Shown one piece after another: positions 14,765 to 18,525 of a stretch of DNA of 18,525 bases (within the stretch, counting starts at the first letter, position 1; each line of letters begins with the position of its first letter). Where the stretch lies: assembly GCA_039833815.1 (NCBI GenBank), contig JBDOKE010000060.1, forward strand, positions 1-18,525. Direction: 5' to 3'. The translations under genes and the position numbers were made by a program. Under the pieces are notes generated by a model that made no database searches, was not told the DNA's origin, and saw only the letters and a list, made by a program, of their open reading frames with translations. The DNA comes from Methanobacteriota archaeon. Its GTDB lineage: Archaea > JAADCQ01 > Methanopyri > Methanopyrales > Methanopyraceae.

Positions 14765-15159
14765 CGGGTCGGTCCCCTTACCTCCCTTATCTCCCCGTGC
14801 ACGGGGCCGTAGACGTCGATTTTCAGGGATCTTGCGACGTTTTGGAGCGCGTAGTCGGAGCTGATGATGGTGACGTTCCGGCCCTCGGATCGGAGTTCGA
14901 CGGCGAGCGCCAGCACCTTTAGGTCGGTGGGGGAGAGGCGGTCCGCGTCGCCGGTGAGTTGGGCGCGCCTGCGGGCCCGGCGGACGGCCCAGGTCGCGGG
15001 CTCGCGGACGTGCACGGGGGAGGTCTCGAACCGGGCGCGGGAGAGGGGGTCGCGCAGCTCGTCGACGACCTCGGGGACGGTGTAGAGGCGGCCCCGGTCC
15101 GGGACGGCACCCTTGATGAAGGCTGAGGTGTCCAGGACGTAGGACCGCAACTGGGGCAC
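14761..15159 (-). CDS. PIN-domain nuclease, Nob1-like, without the C-terminal zinc ribbon
   Basis: YVLDTSAFIKG...LYTVPEVVDELRD...TGDADRLSPTDLKVLALAVEL...IISSDYALQNVARSLKI follows the archaeal Nob1 PIN-domain pattern (acidic D10, E34, D71/D78, D102). The protein is 132 aa and ends shortly after the PIN core. Confidence 0.75.
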   Translation of the reverse strand: MPQLRSYVLDTSAFIKGAVPDRGRLYTVPEVVDELRDPLSRARFETSPVHVREPATWAVRRARRRAQLTGDADRLSPTDLKVLALAVELRSEGRNVTIISSDYALQNVARSLKIDVYGPVHGEIREVRGPTR

Positions 15160-15167
15160 CCCGGGCG

Positions 15168-15452
15168 GTGGTTAGGATGGAGGTGGACCTGCCGACGAAC
15201 GTGCTGGAGCGGATTCTGAGGGAGTCGGCCCGGGCCGGCGGGGACGTCGTGGGGGTGCGGATGGAGGCGAAGGAGGAGTACTTCCGGCTGATCGAGGAGC
15301 TCGGTCGGGTGCTGGCGGAGCTGTCGGTACTCGCCGCGCGGCACGCGGGTAGGAAGACCGTGCGGGAGGAGGACGTGCGGATGGCCGTGCGCGCGCTCAG
15401 GGTGGTATCCTCGCTCGACGCCCTTCGCGGTAGAGGAGCCTCCAGAGGATGA
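15168..15452 (+). CDS. Histone-fold protein (single archaeal-histone-like fold with a C-terminal tail)
   Basis: LPTNVLERILRE...EAKEEYFRLIEELGRVLAELSVLAARHAGRKTVREEDVRMAVRAL aligns by eye with HMf-type histones (LPIAPIGRIIK...ARHAGRKTIKAEDIELAV). It has a longer L1 loop and a ~20-aa tail. The start is GTG 15168 or, perhaps more likely, ATG 15177 (MEVDLPTN). Confidence 0.75.
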   Translation: MVRMEVDLPTNVLERILRESARAGGDVVGVRMEAKEEYFRLIEELGRVLAELSVLAARHAGRKTVREEDVRMAVRALRVVSSLDALRGRGASRG

Positions 15453-15554
15453 GGGACACCCGCGAGAGCACCGGGACGATCCGTCCGCACATCAGGAACC
15501 TCAAGATCGAGCCTCCGAGGCGGGCGAGGGTGGAGCGAGCGCGGCCCACGGTCC

Positions 15555-16382
15555 TCACCCCAGGAACTTCTCCCGGAGGCGCTCGAAGTACGAGGAGTCG
15601 AAGCGTACGAACCGGGCCCGGTGGGTGGATCGGGTCACGATCACGGGCTCGCGGAAGGGCAGGTACTTTTGACCGTCGAGCACGACCTCGGCGCGCTCCG
15701 GGTCGTGCACCTCGATCTCCACCCGGCGGTTCAGGGAGACGACCATGGGGCGCGCCTCGAGCTTGAACGGGTTGAGCGGGGTGATGATCATGCACTCCAC
15801 GGATGGCTCCACGATGGGGCCGCCGGCGGACAGGGAGTAGGCCGTGGAGCCCGTGGGGGTCGAGACCAGCACCCCGTCGGCCCAGGCCCGCTCAACCTCG
15901 AACCCGTCGATGATGAGCCCGTACTGGATCATCTTGGCGGGGCGGCTGGTGGTCACGGTCACCTCGTTGAGCACGTCCTCCCGCTCCTCTTCCCCCACCT
16001 CCACGAGCAGCTTGTCCCGCTCCTCCACCGTGAAGTCCCCCTCCGCCAGCCGGCGGATCGCCTCCGGGACCTCGCGCTCGCTCACTTCGGTGAGGAACCC
16101 GAACTTTCCCAGGTTGACGCCCAGGATGGGCACCTCGTGCTCGGAAGTGAGGCGGGAGACGCGGAGGATGGTGCCGTCGCCGCCGACGGTGACGATCACG
16201 TCCGAGAGCTCACCCAGCGAGCGGAGGTCCGCCGCCTCGACCCGCTTCAACCCCAGCGTTTCGTCCGCGATGACCTCGAGCCCGTGCTCCCGGCACAGTC
16301 GGCAGACCCGGCGCGCGACCTCGAGGGCCCGATCCAGGTCCGTGCGCCCGGTCACCCCGACCGTTCGCGGGGCTCGCGGCAT
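15555..16382 (-). CDS. ppnK: NAD kinase
   Basis: VIVTVGGDGTILR, GVNLGKFGFLTE and DGVLVSTPTGSTAYSLSAGGPIVEP are NAD kinase signatures. I place the start at ATG 16382 (MPRAPRTVGVTGR); the ORF-track extension to 16550 is Gly/Arg low complexity. It overlaps the upstream gene's 3' end by 31 nt. Confidence 0.9.
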   Translation of the reverse strand: MPRAPRTVGVTGRTDLDRALEVARRVCRLCREHGLEVIADETLGLKRVEAADLRSLGELSDVIVTVGGDGTILRVSRLTSEHEVPILGVNLGKFGFLTEVSEREVPEAIRRLAEGDFTVEERDKLLVEVGEEEREDVLNEVTVTTSRPAKMIQYGLIIDGFEVERAWADGVLVSTPTGSTAYSLSAGGPIVEPSVECMIITPLNPFKLEARPMVVSLNRRVEIEVHDPERAEVVLDGQKYLPFREPVIVTRSTHRARFVRFDSSYFERLREKFLG

Positions 16383-17374
16383 TCGAACACCCTCCGGAAC
16401 TTGCGCTGAAGCGCGTCTAAGAGGTCCACCTCGAGCTCGTTGGCGAGGTTCAGGACCAGGGCCAGCACGTCCGCCATCTCCTCCTCGTACCCCTCGCCCC
16501 GACCCACCGCGTGCGCGAGCTCCGCGCACTCCTCGCCCAGCTTCCCGCACAGCCCGTGGAGGTCGAACCCCTCCGGGTGCCGTCCGAACAGCGCCTGGAG
16601 CCGGCGCAGCCCCACGTCCCGCCGCAGCCCGTCGTAGAGCTCCCGGGCCAGCTCCTCGTCCCGGGCGGCCGCCAGCTCGAACCGGAAGTCGGGCCGTAGG
16701 AGCACGTCCTCCGGCTCCAACTCACTCCCCTCCCGGAAGAACAGGAAGGCGGTGTTCCCCCGGCCGAGCCCGAAGGCCCCGGCCACGTCCGTCGGTCGGA
16801 GGCTGCCCCTCACGTCCACGAACCCGTCGAGGATGCCGCGGCACGTCATCGCCAGCTCCAGCGCCACGGAGCCCAGGCACCGCAGCTTGAACCGGCGCTG
16901 CAGGGTGGTGGGGAGTCGCTCGGTCCCGTAGTAGTACATCGCGACCGTGGGACGGCCCCGCGGGCGTCCCTCCGACGCCCCCTCGGAGTCGAACGTGATC
17001 AGGTCCGAGATCACGAGCCCGTCCTCCACGTCCGCCAGCGACTCGGCCTCGGGATCCGCGAGACCGATGGAAACGCAGTAGAAGGGGAGCCCCCGCGAGG
17101 CGTTGTGGGAGCCGTCCAGCGGGTCCAGGACCAGGGTGGCCTCCGGCTCCTCCCCGACGATCACCTCACCCGACTCCTCGCTGATCACCCGGACCTCCAG
17201 GTCCCGGTCCTCGAGCCCGCGGAGGAAGGCCCGCTCGGCGATCTCGTCCACCCGCATGGTGGGGGTGCCGTCGGCGCCGCGCCCCACCTTCTCCCAGCCC
17301 CGCTCGACGCGGGAGACGCGGGGGAGGACCCGCTCCGTTACAATCCGCTCGAGCTCACCCTTGAGGGACTCCAA
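16352..17374 (-). CDS. Inositol-monophosphatase-family phosphatase fused to a C-terminal MazG-like NTP pyrophosphohydrolase domain
   Basis: IMPase motifs: VISEESGE, LDPLDGSHNASRGLPFYCVSIGL, and RPTDVAGAFGL in the WDxAAG position. The C-terminal ~90 aa (nt ~16385-16642), GKLGEECAELAHAV...YEEEMADVLALVLNLANELEVDLLDALQRKFRR, match the EExxE...E/DxxD all-alpha MazG-type pattern. TTG 17374 is the only in-frame start that keeps the N-terminal helix, so the start is less certain. Confidence 0.8.
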   Translation of the reverse strand: MESLKGELERIVTERVLPRVSRVERGWEKVGRGADGTPTMRVDEIAERAFLRGLEDRDLEVRVISEESGEVIVGEEPEATLVLDPLDGSHNASRGLPFYCVSIGLADPEAESLADVEDGLVISDLITFDSEGASEGRPRGRPTVAMYYYGTERLPTTLQRRFKLRCLGSVALELAMTCRGILDGFVDVRGSLRPTDVAGAFGLGRGNTAFLFFREGSELEPEDVLLRPDFRFELAAARDEELARELYDGLRRDVGLRRLQALFGRHPEGFDLHGLCGKLGEECAELAHAVGRGEGYEEEMADVLALVLNLANELEVDLLDALQRKFRRVFECREPRERSG

Positions 17375-17834
17375 CGGGGATCCGCCCCCACAGGACGACC
17401 GCGGACACGGCCGCAGCCCACTCGTCCCCCTCCGGCTCGTTGAAGGCGGTCGCGGTCTTGACCTCGACGATCTCCTCGCCGCGCGCCCTCGCCATCTCCT
17501 CCACGTCCCGGAGGGCCCGCTCCTCCGCCCGGTCCGGGTCCGAGGCGTCGGAGCGCTCCGCGATGATGCCGAACCCCGACTCGAGGTGGGCCACGCACAC
17601 GCAGCTGGCCACCGGGCCCCGGTCCACGGACCGGGCCAGGACCGCGGGGACGATCGCGCCGGGGGGCAGGGGCGGGGGCGCGTCCTCCTCCTCGGCTCCC
17701 GGGGGTAGGATGCTGGTGAGCGTCACCAGGTTCCAGTTCCCGATGCCCGCGTCGAGCAGCGCGGCGTCGAACGCGGCCAGGGAGGTGTCCGCCCGCCCGG
17801 TGCCGGTTACCAGGGCGTACCGGACGGTCGCCAT
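17355..17834 (-). CDS. pdaD: Pyruvoyl-dependent arginine decarboxylase proenzyme
   Basis: [37 protein letters not shown] matches the PdaD family, including the self-cleavage serine context (..TS|ILPP). The length is 159 aa. Confidence 0.88.
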   Translation of the reverse strand: MATVRYALVTGTGRADTSLAAFDAALLDAGIGNWNLVTLTSILPPGAEEEDAPPPLPPGAIVPAVLARSVDRGPVASCVCVAHLESGFGIIAERSDASDPDRAEERALRDVEEMARARGEEIVEVKTATAFNEPEGDEWAAAVSAVVLWGRIPVGVPQG

Positions 17835-17859
17835 CGGGACCCCCGGCCCCGAGGCCGAG

Positions 17860-17872
17860 TATTATTAGTAAG
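17860..17872. promoter_or_regulatory. AT-rich TATA-like element (TATTATTAGTAAG) in the divergent pdaD / aIF5A spacer
   Basis: This is the only AT-rich stretch in the 75-nt spacer. On the minus strand (CTTACTAATAATA) it sits ~26-38 nt upstream of the pdaD ATG (17834), which would give a leaderless or near-leaderless mRNA. On the plus strand it sits ~40-50 nt upstream of the aIF5A ATG (17910), which would give a short leader. Confidence 0.45.
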
Positions 17873-17887
17873 GGACCGCCGGGGGGC

Positions 17888-17906
17888 GCATCCCCTCGGG
17901 GGATGC
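17888..17906 (+). promoter_or_regulatory. Perfect 8-bp GC-rich hairpin (GCATCCCC-tcg-GGGGATGC) immediately 5' of the aIF5A start codon
   Basis: Read directly from the sequence. The arms are 17888-17895 and 17899-17906 with a 3-nt loop, and the element ends 3 nt before ATG 17910. The right arm (GGGGAT) is the only Shine-Dalgarno-like purine run. Confidence 0.4.
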
Positions 17907-17909
17907 CGG

Positions 17910-18314
17910 ATGGCGGTCAAGAAGGTGGAGGTTCGTCAGCTGAAGAAGGGCAAGTACATCATGATCGACGACGAGCCCTGCAAGATCGTGGAGTACACGA
18001 CGTCCTCGCCGGGCAAGCACGGGTCGGCGAAGGCGCGGATCGTCGCGGTGGGGCTCTTTGACGGGAAGAAGCGGACGATCACCAAGCCGGTGGACGCGAA
18101 GGTGGACGTGCCGGTGATCGAGCGGAAGACCGCGCAGGTGATCTCGGTCATGGACGACACGGTGCAGCTGATGGACATGGAGACCTACGAGACGTTTGAG
18201 GTCCCGAAGCCGGAGGACGAGGAGCTGGCCTCGCAGCTGGAGGAGGGCGTGATGGTCGAGTACATGGAGGCGGCGGGCAAGCGCAAGATTGTCGGGATCA
18301 AGGAGGAGGAGTGA
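17910..18314 (+). CDS. eif5a: Translation initiation factor 5A (aIF5A; hypusine/deoxyhypusine-containing)
   Basis: The 134-aa protein has the invariant modification loop [15 protein letters not shown], an N-terminal SH3-like barrel and a C-terminal OB-like domain pattern ([30 protein letters not shown]). Confidence 0.93.
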   Translation: MAVKKVEVRQLKKGKYIMIDDEPCKIVEYTTSSPGKHGSAKARIVAVGLFDGKKRTITKPVDAKVDVPVIERKTAQVISVMDDTVQLMDMETYETFEVPKPEDEELASQLEEGVMVEYMEAAGKRKIVGIKEEE

Positions 18315-18525
18315 GCCCCGGTTCCCCCTCTCGTTCTCTCCCTCGGACGTGCGCTCCCCGGACGTCACCGTGCTCGGCCTACCCTCGGAGCGCGTGCTGC
18401 CCGGGTACCCGCGCGGTCAGGCCCGGGCCCCCGGCGTGATCCGCCGGACGGCGCGCGGCCTGGACTTCTTCGAGCCCGGTCTGGGCGACCCGCTGGAGGA
18501 GCTGACCCTCGTGGACGAGGGCGAT
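18289..18525 (+). CDS. speB: Agmatinase/arginase-family ureohydrolase, N-terminal fragment (3' end outside the window)
   Basis: The frame is open from 18253 to the window edge. The translation ...[68 protein letters not shown] follows the agmatinase N-terminal pattern (vvi-G-x-P-x-D/E...RPGaRfGP-aIR...v-D-x-GD). The metal-binding His/Asp motifs lie beyond the window. The start is uncertain: TTG 18289 overlaps the aIF5A end, and GTG 18349 is an alternative. Confidence 0.6.
   Translation, partial: MSGSRRRSEPRFPLSFSPSDVRSPDVTVLGLPSERVLPGYPRGQARAPGVIRRTARGLDFFEPGLGDPLEELTLVDEGD

Noticed and set aside
15453-15554. Convergent spacer between the histone-fold gene and ppnK, examined for a terminator, hairpin or small RNA
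   Set aside because: There is no T-tract, no stem longer than ~5 bp and no conserved RNA motif that I can recognise.
13908-16550. N-terminal extensions of hemC (to 14138), of the retropepsin protein (ORF 13904-15490, 528 aa) and of ppnK (to 16550)
   Set aside because: The extensions are Pro/Arg/Gly low complexity and overlap well-supported upstream genes. Internal ATGs that coincide with upstream stop codons give proteins of normal length.
1-18525. CRISPR arrays, rRNA genes, IS elements, and long direct or inverted repeats
   Set aside because: Reading through the window, I noticed no regularly spaced repeats, no rRNA-like segments and no transposase/integrase-like translations. An exhaustive repeat search (for example self-dotplot or BLASTN against self) was not possible here.

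Overview
GC-rich archaeal chromosomal segment with G/C-dominated third codon positions and acidic, Arg-rich proteins. It is densely packed, with most genes overlapping or only a few nt apart. The gene content (diphthine synthase, aIF5A, pyruvoyl arginine decarboxylase, a histone fold, an archaeal-type GluRS), a tRNA gene with C at position 8 and a Mur-ligase/MraY-type cluster together point to a Methanopyrus-like, pseudomurein-containing methanogen (inference). Left to right: the argS 3' end, tRNA-Lys(UUU) on the minus strand, then gltX. gltX runs without a break into an eight-gene plus-strand block (2800-11843). That block encodes a PP-loop ATPase, a MurD-like ligase, an ATP-grasp ligase, an MraY-like phosphosugar transferase and a MurE/F-like ligase. 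It ends with three envelope proteins: a membrane-anchored POTRA/FtsQ-like protein, a secreted and C-terminally anchored protein with Thr at its predicted mature N-terminus, and a 10-TM SEDS/Wzy-like protein. I read this block as a dcw-like pseudomurein synthesis and assembly operon, and it is the main item of interest. Only the ligase/MraY core has a family-level rationale; the accessory genes have no function I can assign. Downstream is a translationally coupled minus-strand string (PIN, retropepsin+HExxH protein, hemC, dphB, a small CxxC protein) and a single histone-fold gene. After that come an NAD kinase overlapped by an IMPase-MazG fusion gene, and an agmatine/hypusine neighbourhood (pdaD, aIF5A, agmatinase-like 5' fragment). 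I saw no CRISPR array, rRNA or mobile element. Many long ORFs in the track are antisense or off-frame shadow ORFs typical of high-GC DNA.
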